A stretch of 64,000 nucleotides of DNA, taken from the NCBI GenBank assembly GCA_039715015.1, contig JBDLIE010000014.1, forward strand, positions 1-64,000, given 5' to 3'. Below, in pieces: positions 19,473-29,359 of the stretch. The notes under the pieces are model-generated. The model did not search any database and was not told the DNA's origin. It worked only from the letters and a program-made list of their open reading frames with translations. The first letter of the stretch is position 1, and the number at the start of each line of letters is the position of its first letter. The position numbers and the translations under genes were made by a program. This DNA is from Thermodesulfobacteriota bacterium. Lineage in GTDB: Bacteria; Desulfobacterota; Desulfobulbia; Desulfobulbales; SURF-16.

Positions 19473-20003
19473 ATGCTGAAAAAATTAAGCTCAAAATTGA
19501 CTTTCATTCTCCTGGCCCTGGCCATAATCACCATGCTTACGGCTCCTGCCCTCCAGGCCCAGGACCAGTCCGGAGGGGTACTCATGCCCTATCCCCCTCC
19601 ACCGGAACGAATCAATGCCCGGAGCTATTCCAACCTGTCGGAACTTATCACCCTGATCTGCGATGACGCCATGGAGGATTTCTGGGAGTTTTACGGCCCC
19701 ACGACCGTTGCTGTGCGGCCTTTCAGGGTTATCGCCAACTACAATGTTAAAAAGACCACAATCCTCGGCCTTACCTTGGCGGACCAGATGACGGCCATGA
19801 TCAATACCCAGGCTGTGCCCGAGTATCCCATTAGGGTCAAGTATCCGCAACAACTTGAAGGGGTAATTGAAGAAATCGATGGCTTTCTCCGGATCCACAT
19901 GAACGGCCGTAACGTCAGGGGTGAACGGCGCAGCTACGCCGTTACCGTTGAGATGTCAGACCCTATCTATCGGGCCCTGCACTCCTACGCAGAAAGTTAT
20001 TAA
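19473..20003 (+). CDS. Exported protein, divergent FlgO-like
   Basis: Signal peptide. VAVRPF and TTILGLTLADQM resemble the FlgO N-terminal segment. Confidence 0.5.
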   Translation: MLKKLSSKLTFILLALAIITMLTAPALQAQDQSGGVLMPYPPPPERINARSYSNLSELITLICDDAMEDFWEFYGPTTVAVRPFRVIANYNVKKTTILGLTLADQMTAMINTQAVPEYPIRVKYPQQLEGVIEEIDGFLRIHMNGRNVRGERRSYAVTVEMSDPIYRALHSYAESY

Positions 20004-20027
20004 GTATGATGACCAAGGGGGCAATCC

Positions 20028-22379
20028 ATGGCCGATAAAGATGCAGATTTTGACGAGTGGCTCGACGATACTGGAGACACTGCTGATGATCTAAGTCAAG
20101 ACCATATTGACGAGCTCCTCGGAGCTGTGGGCACAGATAAGAGTTCGCAAAAAGCATCTGCCACGGAAAAAGACAGTGGAGAGCTTGATCAGGACAATAT
20201 TGATGCGCTGCTAGGCTTAAGCGCTGACGATTCCTCCTCCCAGGCAACTGGCGAAGATCAGGCGATGACTGAGCTGGATCAGGACAATATTGACGCCTTG
20301 TTATCAGGGAATGCCTCTGCGGACAGTGGTGCCCATGCCGGAGGTCAGGATGATGACTCCTTGGAACAGGACAATATTGACGCTCTCCTCAGTGGCACGG
20401 GCTATGATACTGAAGCAGCAGATGATTTTAGTCTTGATGAGCTTGACCAGGACAATATCGATGCCCTGCTCAGCAGCGCAGAAGGTGAATCCGGTCCCGA
20501 CCTTGACGAACTTCCCGAACTGGCCCAGGATAATATTGATGCCCTGCTTGATGAAGCAGATCTCTCCGCAGAAAGCGCTGTAGAGGGCCTGGATGAGCTT
20601 GACCAAAGTGACATTGACGCCCTGCTCAGTAGTAATAGTTCTGCTGCTGCCGAACCAGATGAACTTGATGAACTCTTTGCAGGCAATAGTGTAGAAAAAG
20701 TTGTTCCACCTGAAGAATCTCCAACCGATGACCTTGGCGAACTTGACCAAAACAATTTTGATGCCTTACCCACCAAGACTACTCAGGAAGAGGAAAACAC
20801 ACCTGATGTCCAAGAACAAGAACCCGCTCCCCCTGAGGAAGACCCTGAGCTAAGCACCGAAGAGGCTGATAATATTGCGGAATCAGCCTTTGAATCCGAA
20901 CTTGACGAAATGGACCAACTCTTTGCCAATATTGATAGTGATGCCGGAGACGATGATCCTTTCCAGGCCGAAGAAATTGACTTTGCCGAAATGCTTGGCG
21001 AGACAGAGGGCGACGATCAGGAATTTATCGAACTTGAAGCTGACGATGGTCCCCAGGCCGCTGGGGATGACGACGAATTCATGAAGCAGGCCGGAGCTGA
21101 GGATGACAATGAGCTTGAGGCCCTGATGACCGAAGGAGAAAAAGGGCCCACCAAAAAGGCCTTAGTCATCCCGGCGCCTCTTGCCGAAATAAACAAAGGT
21201 GTCCTCACAGGTATCGTCGGTGGCGTTATCGTACTTCTTCTTATCGGCTCCTTTTTTCTCTTTTCCGGCTCCGATGAGGTCATAGAGACCAATAATGTAA
21301 AGCGCGTCGCCACTGTCGAACAGACTCCTGGTCGCAAGATGGCGGAGAACTTTATCCCTACAACTGAAGATGCCTCCTATGCCATGGGCAGCAAGGGTGG
21401 CGAACTTGCCATTGAGCTGACTGCTGCGGACCAGGACAAGCAACCACTGCTCTATGAAATAACGGCCCAGCCCCTCCATGGCAGATTATCAGGCACTGCT
21501 CCCATGCTTACATATCTTCCCGACAGCACCTTTGCCGGTGAAGATCGCTTTGAGTTCATCGTCAATGATGGCACAGATAGCAGTAGCGTTGCGGTGGTAA
21601 CAATCACTGGTCCTGATCTGGCCGCAATGGCCAAGAAAGAAACAGAAAAGAAAAAAGAAAAGGCCAAGAAAAAAATACTCAAACCCCAGAAACCGAAGGT
21701 GCTGGCTAAGGACGTAAAATATTTCACCATCAGTACCGGGGCCGTCACCATTGACTGGGGCCGCCTCTGGCAGGAAGCAAATTCCAGCCCCTATGTTCCC
21801 CAGGCGGTGCATGTGGAGATCGTTGGCAAGGCCGCCAAGGGTTCTTTGGTAAAGCATAATCGCACAAGCCACATCTATACTCCAGATCCCTTTGAAGCGG
21901 CCACTGACACCATACGCTATCGTTTTAAAAAGGGAGGCTTCCGTTCTGCCACCAAGACAGTGACCATCGATATTGAGCTTGGCAGCCCGGCTCCTGAGAT
22001 TAATTTTGCCAACCTTGCTGACGGCTACCTTGTTGGCCAAAATGTGGTCATAGATGCCAGCGGCAGCCGGGATGAGGCGCGGCAAAGCCTGCAATTCTTC
22101 TGGGAGCAGGTGGCAGGGGTTGAGCTTGACTTACATCCCATCAACAAAGAGGGCTCGCAAGTCGCTTTTACCATGCCCTCCTCCTTCTACACAGACCCAA
22201 ACCCAGGACCAACCCTTGCCGTTACTGCCGTGGATAAGACCGGCAAAGAGACCCGCAAAGAGATAAAGATTAAGGCGCTAAGCCGCCGCCAGACCGCCCT
22301 CTGGCGCGGAGAAAAAGGCAGGCTATCCCCGGATCCACCCATGGAGGGCAGCTACTTTCCCTGGCCCTTTGACGATTAA
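20028..22379 (+). CDS. Single-pass membrane protein: acidic N-terminal region with LxQxxIDALL repeats, then Ig/cadherin-like and PKD-like domains
   Basis: No signal peptide and an acidic repeat region. TM GVLTGIVGGVIVLLLIGSFFLF. PLHGRLSG..TYLP..GEDRFEFIVNDG (Big_9-like) and IDASGSRD..FWEQVAG (PKD-like). Confidence 0.8.
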   Translation: MADKDADFDEWLDDTGDTADDLSQDHIDELLGAVGTDKSSQKASATEKDSGELDQDNIDALLGLSADDSSSQATGEDQAMTELDQDNIDALLSGNASADSGAHAGGQDDDSLEQDNIDALLSGTGYDTEAADDFSLDELDQDNIDALLSSAEGESGPDLDELPELAQDNIDALLDEADLSAESAVEGLDELDQSDIDALLSSNSSAAAEPDELDELFAGNSVEKVVPPEESPTDDLGELDQNNFDALPTKTTQEEENTPDVQEQEPAPPEEDPELSTEEADNIAESAFESELDEMDQLFANIDSDAGDDDPFQAEEIDFAEMLGETEGDDQEFIELEADDGPQAAGDDDEFMKQAGAEDDNELEALMTEGEKGPTKKALVIPAPLAEINKGVLTGIVGGVIVLLLIGSFFLFSGSDEVIETNNVKRVATVEQTPGRKMAENFIPTTEDASYAMGSKGGELAIELTAADQDKQPLLYEITAQPLHGRLSGTAPMLTYLPDSTFAGEDRFEFIVNDGTDSSSVAVVTITGPDLAAMAKKETEKKKEKAKKKILKPQKPKVLAKDVKYFTISTGAVTIDWGRLWQEANSSPYVPQAVHVEIVGKAAKGSLVKHNRTSHIYTPDPFEAATDTIRYRFKKGGFRSATKTVTIDIELGSPAPEINFANLADGYLVGQNVVIDASGSRDEARQSLQFFWEQVAGVELDLHPINKEGSQVAFTMPSSFYTDPNPGPTLAVTAVDKTGKETRKEIKIKALSRRQTALWRGEKGRLSPDPPMEGSYFPWPFDD
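20085..20770 (+). repeat. Intragenic repeat array of about 8 copies of L[SDEA]Q[DSN][NHD][IF]D[AE]L(L)
   Basis: LSQDHIDELL, LDQDNIDALL x3, LEQDNIDALL, LAQDNIDALL, LDQSDIDALL, LDQNNFDAL. DNA core CAGGACAATAT[TC]GA recurs. Confidence 0.9.
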
Positions 22380-22422
22380 AAAAAAAGAGGGATGGAGCTT
22401 ACGGCTCCATCCCTCTTTTTTT
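22378..22422. terminator. Bidirectional intrinsic terminator
   Basis: A-tract-GAGGGATGGAGC-TTACG-GCTCCATCCCTC-T-tract between convergent genes. Confidence 0.9.
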
Positions 22423-22494
22423 AGTTCAACGCAGTCACTGCGGGAGACCTTTCCCTCTGCATGCTGGGAAAGAACGCTTCTTAAAACTACAATT

Positions 22495-23157
22495 CTACCA
22501 CCTGGCCTTCAGGGCTGAGATGGCGCCCTCGTAACTGTCAGCACCAAAAACCGCAGAGCCGGCCACAAAGATATTGACGCCGGCCTGGGAAATTTCTTCG
22601 ATGGTGGCAGGACTTACCCCGCCATCAATCTCAATACCGGTATCCAAGCCCTTATCATCAATCATCTTTTTTAAGGCCCTTGCCTTATCCAGGGTGGAGG
22701 GGATGAAGGACTGGCCGCCAAAACCGGGGTTAACACTCATCAGCATAACCAGATCAAGATCCTCAAGGATATAGTCGAGGCTTGAAAGTGGCGTGGCCGG
22801 GTTAAGCACGGCGCCAGCCTTTTTCCCTAACTCCTTGATCATGTGGATGGTGCGATGCAGGTGGGGACAGGCCTCAACATGGACGGTGATCCAATCGGCG
22901 CCGGCCTTGGCAAAGTCCTCAATATACTTATCTGCATCACTAATCATCAGGTGGACATCAAGGGGCTTGTCGGTGATTTTGCGCACCGCATCAACCACCA
23001 GGGGGCCAATGGTAATATTAGGAACGAAATGGCCGTCCATCACATCGACATGGATAACATCGGCACCTGCCGCAACTACATCGTTTATTTCCTGGCCCAA
23101 CTGCGCAAAATCGGCAGACAAAATGGAGGGCGCTATCATTTTCTCAAGCATTTTCAT
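22495..23157 (-). CDS. rpe: Ribulose-phosphate 3-epimerase
   Basis: [46 protein letters not shown]. Confidence 0.97.
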   Translation of the reverse strand: MKMLEKMIAPSILSADFAQLGQEINDVVAAGADVIHVDVMDGHFVPNITIGPLVVDAVRKITDKPLDVHLMISDADKYIEDFAKAGADWITVHVEACPHLHRTIHMIKELGKKAGAVLNPATPLSSLDYILEDLDLVMLMSVNPGFGGQSFIPSTLDKARALKKMIDDKGLDTGIEIDGGVSPATIEEISQAGVNIFVAGSAVFGADSYEGAISALKARW

Positions 23158-23206
23158 CTCGTTTTCTGGTTTTTATTCAGTATAAAAAATCAAAATCTCT
23201 AATCAG

Positions 23207-23348
23207 TCAGGGTGCTGTAAAAACGTAGCGAGCGACGGAAAGACAAGGAAAAAAAGGGCGAAGAAGCGGAGCTTACGTATGTAAGTGAGCATTCTAAGCC
23301 TTTTTTTGACGCAGGATTTCCTAGCGCAGTAGTTTTTCAGTTCCCTGA
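23207..23348. mobile_element. 142 bp non-coding palindromic element / MITE
   Basis: Imperfect terminal inverted repeats TCAGGGTGCTGTAAAAAC / GTTTTTCAGTTCCCTGA. Internal nested symmetry (AAAAAAAGG...CCTTTTTTT; CTTACGTATGTAAG). Confidence 0.7.
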
Positions 23349-25997
23349 AGCGCCTACAGTCACCATAACATAATGCTCGGGCTGGATGTATTTCCGTGCC
23401 ACTTCGAGAACCTTGGCAGCATCCACCGCATCTATCTCTTTGAGATAACGGCTGCCATGATCCTGCCCCAGTCCATAGGTTTCGTTAAGGGCCATTTCCA
23501 TGGCCTGTTCGCTATGGGTTTGCAGGCGCAGCTCGTAACTGGAGGTAAGAACATTTTTAGCGCGCTGCAGCTCTTTCTCGCTCACCTCTTGCTCCAAGAC
23601 AAGATAAAGTTCCTTCCACAGGGATTTGACGGCCTCGTCCCGTTTATCCGGGCTGGTGCCTATATAGATACCGAAAGAACCGGTATCTAGGCCGACAAGG
23701 GAAAAGGCGGACAGACTATAGGCCAGACTCTTTTTGTCGCGCAGCTCACTAAAAAGTCTGCCGCTCTGACCACTTAGGATATTATCAAGAACCTCCAAGG
23801 CAAACCTGTCGTCACTTGTCAGGGTAGTTCCCAAAAAGCCGACGATGATATGGACCTGCTCTTTATCGCGCTCAATGGAGAAAATTTCCGGTTTCACCGG
23901 CAGTTCCGGGGGCAGAAAGCTCTCTTCGGCAAGGCTCTGTCCCGATTCTGGCCCCTGCCACTGACCAAAGAGATCGTCCACAAGGTCCTTCACCTCCTCA
24001 GCCTTAACGGCACCAGCCACGGTGAGGACCATCTTGTCGGGCTGGGCGTGCTCCCTATAAATGGCCCTTAGCTCATTGACCTTCAAGCGGGCCAAGGAGC
24101 CTTCGGCACCAAGGGTATTAAGGCCATAGGGGTGGCCCTGAAAAAGAAGCCTGTTGAACTCCCGGAAGGCCAGGGATGGCAGAGAGTCCTCCTGGTGCTT
24201 GAGTTGGGCCAAGAGTTCCGGCCTAATTTTTTCTGCCTCTTCCGGGTCAAAACCAGGGGTAAGAATAACGTCGCGGACCAGGGTCATGGCCGGCGCAAAA
24301 TAACGGGCCAGGAAATCCCCCTTCAGACCAAAGGTATTCTTCCCGTTAAATCCGTGCAGGTTCCCGGCCATATCGGCAACCTGCACGGCAAGCTCGCGGG
24401 CCGAAAGGTTCTCTGTTGCTTTGGGGAAAAGGTCGGCAATGAAGGCAAAGGCGCCATTGGTCACATCGGTTTCAGAGCGAAGACCACCAGGGAAGACGGC
24501 CCGGATGGCAACCGTCTCAACATTGGCATCTTCGCGAACCAAAAGGGTCAAGCCGTTTTTCAGGGTGAAGCTATGTACATTGCTGAGATAGGAAGCATCC
24601 AGATAGGAAGCAGGCACCCCTTTGCGGGCCCGTTCATCGGCCCGGGCGATAATCTTCTTAAATGCAGCTTCGTCAATGGCAAGTTCTGCATTTCGTGGAG
24701 CCAGAAAGCCTCCGGTAATCACCTCAGGCCGGAAATACTTATTGGCCATGGCCAGGATATCCTCCTTGGTAACGGAACGGATCTGATCAAGGTAGAGGGT
24801 ATTGGTTGGATCACCTGTCAAAAACTCAAAAGAGCCAAGGGTGCGGGCCTGGCCTTCAGCACGTTCGAGATTAAAGACAAAATCACCCTCCAGGTTTCTC
24901 TTCACCCGGTTAAGCTCCTCATCACTCACCGGTAGATATTTGAGTTGAAAGACCTCTGCCATGGCCGCCTCCATGGCGGCCTCCATATTTTCAGCATTCA
25001 ACACTGCGGTCAGTTCAACCAGGCCGGGATATTTGGGTGTAAAAGAGGCGCAATTGATGCGATAGACAAGCTGCTGCTTGTCGCGGAGTTCGTGAAAGAG
25101 GCGCGAGGTTTCACCCTGGCCTAAGATCGAGGCAATGACGTCAAGCACCGCAGTATCGGCATCAACAAAGGCGGTGCCCGGAAAGGAAAGGGCAAGATGA
25201 CTCTGCCCCACATCTTCAGCCAGAGCAAAAAAGGCCGGTTCCTCCTTTGCCGGCTCAACAGGCAGAGGGGGCTGAACATACTCACCCTTGGCCATGGAGC
25301 CCATGACATTTTTAACGGTATTGCGCACCTCGGCGTATCTAACATCACCCACCACCTGTACCATCATATTTTCGGGGTGATAATGTTTGTCCATATATTG
25401 CAAAATATCTTCTCGGCTAAAGCCGCTGACACTCTCCACCGTGCCGATAATAGGGAGGCGATAGGGATGAACCTGATAGGACTTTTCCATCAGATTCTGA
25501 AAAAGCTTTGTGCCTGGCCGATCATTGCGCATGCCGATCTCTTCAAGGACAACCTTCTTTTCCCGCTCGAGCTCGGTGGCGTCAAAGAGAGAATTCTGGA
25601 CAGAATCGGCAAGGACCTCCAAGGCCTGCTGCCAATGACGGGCCGACAGGGTTGCATGATATACCGTGTGCTCATAAGAGGTGTAGGCGTTGATCCGCCC
25701 CCCCAGCCCTTCAATCTCTTCGGCCAACTGACCAGGGGCACGGCTCGGCGTCCCTTTAAAAATCATATGCTCAATAAGATGGGTAATACCCGCCTCTGAC
25801 TCATCCTCATAGATGGAGCCGGCCTTCACCCAAATCTGGACTGTTGCAACCTTGCTGCCCGGCATTTCCTTGACCATGACGGTCAATCCGTTATCAAGGG
25901 TATCCTTGTGAAGATGGGGGGCAAGTTCCGTGGCATACAGGGTATTTGTCGTCATAAGAGTCAGCGCGAAAAAAATGTTTAAGAGATGGCGTTTCAT
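23337..25997 (-). CDS. M16 (pitrilysin/insulinase-family) zinc peptidase, exported
   Basis: HLIEH inverted zinc motif, NAYTS, two LxNG-type halves, signal peptide. Confidence 0.92.
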   Translation of the reverse strand: MKRHLLNIFFALTLMTTNTLYATELAPHLHKDTLDNGLTVMVKEMPGSKVATVQIWVKAGSIYEDESEAGITHLIEHMIFKGTPSRAPGQLAEEIEGLGGRINAYTSYEHTVYHATLSARHWQQALEVLADSVQNSLFDATELEREKKVVLEEIGMRNDRPGTKLFQNLMEKSYQVHPYRLPIIGTVESVSGFSREDILQYMDKHYHPENMMVQVVGDVRYAEVRNTVKNVMGSMAKGEYVQPPLPVEPAKEEPAFFALAEDVGQSHLALSFPGTAFVDADTAVLDVIASILGQGETSRLFHELRDKQQLVYRINCASFTPKYPGLVELTAVLNAENMEAAMEAAMAEVFQLKYLPVSDEELNRVKRNLEGDFVFNLERAEGQARTLGSFEFLTGDPTNTLYLDQIRSVTKEDILAMANKYFRPEVITGGFLAPRNAELAIDEAAFKKIIARADERARKGVPASYLDASYLSNVHSFTLKNGLTLLVREDANVETVAIRAVFPGGLRSETDVTNGAFAFIADLFPKATENLSARELAVQVADMAGNLHGFNGKNTFGLKGDFLARYFAPAMTLVRDVILTPGFDPEEAEKIRPELLAQLKHQEDSLPSLAFREFNRLLFQGHPYGLNTLGAEGSLARLKVNELRAIYREHAQPDKMVLTVAGAVKAEEVKDLVDDLFGQWQGPESGQSLAEESFLPPELPVKPEIFSIERDKEQVHIIVGFLGTTLTSDDRFALEVLDNILSGQSGRLFSELRDKKSLAYSLSAFSLVGLDTGSFGIYIGTSPDKRDEAVKSLWKELYLVLEQEVSEKELQRAKNVLTSSYELRLQTHSEQAMEMALNETYGLGQDHGSRYLKEIDAVDAAKVLEVARKYIQPEHYVMVTVGASGN

Positions 25998-26054
25998 AAT
26001 GTTTTCGTTACAACCTGTTATTCATCGGAGGAGGCGGACCTGAAGGCAAAAGGA

Positions 26055-26852
26055 TCATGCAGACGGCGGCCGCCTCAGGGAAAACCGGAGCAGCAAGAAG
26101 CCAACAGCAACCATGGCAATGCTTAGCAACTGGCCGCGGCTTAAAAAATCTGCCATGAGACCTATATGGCTATCCGGCTCCCTAAAAAGTTCCACAAAAC
26201 AACGCAGGATTCCATAGTAAACCAGAAACAGGGCCAAGATGGAACCGTGGCCCCAGCCTTTTTTTCTCTTCAGCCCAGACATCCATGCCAAAAGAATAAA
26301 AAGAAGTGCGCCCTCAAGGGCTGCCTCGTAGAGTTGGGATGGGTGGCGGGGAAGAGGACCACCGCCGGGAAAGACCATGGCCCAAGGCACATCGCTCACC
26401 CGGCCATATAATTCAGCGTTAATAAAATTGCCTATTCTGCCCAGGCCAAGCCCCACCGGGATGGTGGCCCCATAGATATCGGCCACCTTCAAGAAATGGA
26501 GATTATGCCTACGGCAAAACCAGACCCCACCAACCAGGACCCCTAGAAGAGCGCCATGAAAAGACATACCCCCGGCCAGGGTGTTCACAATCTGCAAAGG
26601 ATGGTGGAGATAATAGGAGAGGTTATAAAAAAGGACATATCCCAAACGGCCCCCCAGAACAAGGCTGACAAGTAGCACCATGTTCAGGTTCTCAAACAGA
26701 GGGGCAAGTTCTTCAATGGCATAGAGGCGAATCTGGCGGCGAACCAAAAAAAAAGTGGCCCCAAAACCCAGAACATACATCAGCCCATACCAGTGGAGGG
26801 CCAAAGGGCCAATTCGCAAAATCACAGGATCTATTTGTGGGTATTGCAACAT
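26055..26852 (-). CDS. lgt: Prolipoprotein diacylglyceryl transferase
   Basis: WYGLMY, GGRLGYV, GGMSFHG, GRIGNFINAELYG, HPSQLYE, FREPD. Confidence 0.97.
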   Translation of the reverse strand: MLQYPQIDPVILRIGPLALHWYGLMYVLGFGATFFLVRRQIRLYAIEELAPLFENLNMVLLVSLVLGGRLGYVLFYNLSYYLHHPLQIVNTLAGGMSFHGALLGVLVGGVWFCRRHNLHFLKVADIYGATIPVGLGLGRIGNFINAELYGRVSDVPWAMVFPGGGPLPRHPSQLYEAALEGALLFILLAWMSGLKRKKGWGHGSILALFLVYYGILRCFVELFREPDSHIGLMADFLSRGQLLSIAMVAVGFLLLRFSLRRPPSA

Positions 26853-27213
26853 TTTTTGTTTTTTTCTTAAAACCGCTTCCAGCAGAAAAACCTGCCGAAT
26901 TTAGTTAGGGGAATTGAGTTGAAAAGAAAAGACAAGAACAGAAGGATCAGTAGTTAAACGACAAGAACATCCCGTTATTTCTCAAGATTATATTCTGCCC
27001 CATGTTCTACCAGAAAAAGACGCTCTTTTAAATGATTATCAGCACCTCCTTTTTGTTTAGAAAAACTAAACAAAGACCTAAATCAGAATAAACCATTCAC
27101 CCATTTTTTTCACAATCCCTCTCCTGTAACCTATTTTTACAAGGTGCATAAATCCCGTCTTGCCATAGTAAAGACGGGATACACGTTACTAAATTACCGT
27201 GAGGTAGGTTACG

Positions 27214-27555
27214 ATGAAAAAAAGAATGCCCTCAACGAAGACAGAGCGCCAGCTTGCCGCCGCCCACCAGCGCGCCCTCCTTATTTCAGACCTTAAAGAA
27301 GAGGAAAGCCTTGCTCTACGCCTTGCTGAGGGCGAATCCTGGAACTCCACGTCAATGCATCTGGCCATGCTCATGAGTCGCAACTCCTATAGCAGTAAAC
27401 TGCACTCAACAAACGGCGAGCAGGATGATACCGTAGCAGGAAGGCGTACCCGCCAGGTTACCATTCGCCGCAACTCCTTCACGCCCGAATTTGAACCATC
27501 CCGTCACGAGATGCGTATTTTCGACTCCTTAGACGGTATCGTCACTGAAATGTGA
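27214..27555 (+). CDS. Hypothetical protein
   Basis: 113 aa ORF preceded by GAGGT SD. Confidence 0.6.
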   Translation: MKKRMPSTKTERQLAAAHQRALLISDLKEEESLALRLAEGESWNSTSMHLAMLMSRNSYSSKLHSTNGEQDDTVAGRRTRQVTIRRNSFTPEFEPSRHEMRIFDSLDGIVTEM

Positions 27556-27953
27556 TGCCCCGCAAACAATCTCTGGTGAGGAATGGTGCTGATGATAAAT
27601 TGGTTTCATAACCTCTGTTCGTCGGCATCATTTCAGTTTTTTGGGGGCTGATTAATGTCGTAGAGGTAAAAATCTTTTTCACCCTGGGCATGGCAAAACA
27701 CCTCATTGCCGCTCTCCATCCTCACCTCTCTTCAAGCCGGCGGAAATCCTGCCTTCCTCCGGCTCTTTTTTTGCCTTGTGACAGCGGAAATACTCTCTTC
27801 TTCCATGGTCATTCCCACTCCTTCTCAGAATCAAATCCCTTGTTTTACCGAGGTGTTCAAGGTAAAAACTAATGTTTACACAATCCTCTTCCGGGCCTCA
27901 AAAACCGCTTTGGTTTTCAAGCCCCCGTCTCTGCAATAAGGAAGGCCACTGCT

Positions 27954-29303
27954 ATGGATGAAAAGGAACTGCAAAATCTGCTTAAAAACAGGATACACCA
28001 AACTCTACTTCCACTTTTTGAGAAGTATAATCGGGACTTTAGTGATCTGGAATCCCTCCTCAAATGGAAGCCCATTGTTCTTCTCATCGGCAATTATTCC
28101 TCCGGCAAATCCACTCTGATTAATGAGCTGACCGGAGAAGATATCCAACGCACCGGCCAGGCCCCCACTGACGACTCTTTTACCATCATAACCCATGAGG
28201 GCGCCGACGAGGCAGGCAAGGAAATCCCCGGCTCCTCCCTGGTGAATGATGAAAACCTACCCTTTACCGCCCTTAAAGATCTCGGCGAACAGCTTATCTC
28301 CCACCTGCAGCTCAAAAAAGTCGACACCCCGCTGTTAACGGACATGGCCATCATTGACAGTCCTGGCATGCTTGATTCGGTAACGGAGAAGGACCGCGGC
28401 TATAATTACATGGCCGTCATCTCTCATCTTGCCAAGCTTGCCGACCTGGTGGTTCTCATGTTTGACCCACTCAAGGCCGGCACCATAAAAGAGACCTATA
28501 CGGCCATCCGTGATACGCTGCCCGAGAGCGCCGGTGAAGACCGTTTGGTCTTTGTCATGAGCCGCATTGACGAGTGTGACTCAACCAGCGATCTGGTTCG
28601 CTCCTACGGCACCTTGTGCTGGAACCTCTCGCAGATGACCGGCCGCAAGGATATCCCCCATATCTTTCTGACCTGCGCCCCTGATGAACAGAAGACAACA
28701 GGATTTGACAGCACACCCTGGAGCCAGGAGCGTGACCAGCTCAAAAATAAGATTCTCACTGCCCCGAAATTTCGCGTTTTCCACATTCTGCAGGATATTG
28801 ACCGGCAGGTTAATGAGCTGCAACTCACCTGTGAGGCCATGGTCAACTTCAGCAGGCAGGTGCGGACAACATTTCTCGATATCAGCAAACTTACCGCTGT
28901 CGCTGCTGTCTTGGCTTTTTTCTTGAGCGGCTTGATCATCAAGCTTCTCTTTGGCTTCCCGGAGGAGAGCATGCTGGAGGCCCTCCTTCAAGGCGAAGCA
29001 GGGCTTGTCCATCTCACCTTTCCGTTGGCCGGAGTCACCCTCGTTGTCATGGGCTTCTGGACCTGGCTTACCAGGGTCACCTTCCCCCGCCTCCTCAAAC
29101 AACGTCTGGAGAATCCTCTCAGCCTAGTTACCCTGGAGAGCGATTATCGCCGCCATCTCTGGCAGAAGGTTGAAAAACATGTGGTGGGCCTCCTGCGCAG
29201 TTCAGGTCTAGGACAAATCTTCACCGCCCACTCCCGCAATTTAAACAAAATAAAGAAATTCCTGAGTCAGGACCTCAAGGAATTTTATGACAAGATCCGT
29301 TAA
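27954..29303 (+). CDS. Dynamin-family, EHD-like P-loop NTPase with two TM helices
   Basis: KPIVLLIGNYSSGKS, APTDDSF, IIDSPGML, RGYNY, MFDP. Two hydrophobic C-terminal segments. Confidence 0.8.
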   Translation: MDEKELQNLLKNRIHQTLLPLFEKYNRDFSDLESLLKWKPIVLLIGNYSSGKSTLINELTGEDIQRTGQAPTDDSFTIITHEGADEAGKEIPGSSLVNDENLPFTALKDLGEQLISHLQLKKVDTPLLTDMAIIDSPGMLDSVTEKDRGYNYMAVISHLAKLADLVVLMFDPLKAGTIKETYTAIRDTLPESAGEDRLVFVMSRIDECDSTSDLVRSYGTLCWNLSQMTGRKDIPHIFLTCAPDEQKTTGFDSTPWSQERDQLKNKILTAPKFRVFHILQDIDRQVNELQLTCEAMVNFSRQVRTTFLDISKLTAVAAVLAFFLSGLIIKLLFGFPEESMLEALLQGEAGLVHLTFPLAGVTLVVMGFWTWLTRVTFPRLLKQRLENPLSLVTLESDYRRHLWQKVEKHVVGLLRSSGLGQIFTAHSRNLNKIKKFLSQDLKEFYDKIR

Positions 29304-29359
29304 ACAATATCATAAAAAACAAGGCGTTATTGCCTTTATGTAGAAGGAGAACATATCAG

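Noticed and set aside
20085..20770. Recurring DNA motif with variable spacers, superficially CRISPR-like
   Set aside because: It is in frame, varies at synonymous positions, has irregular spacing, and no cas genes are present.
22423..22488. Possible third mini-ISL3 element (AGTTCAACGCAGTCACTGCGGG) after a terminator
   Set aside because: Position fits, but similarity is weak and no CCTGAAC distal end is present.
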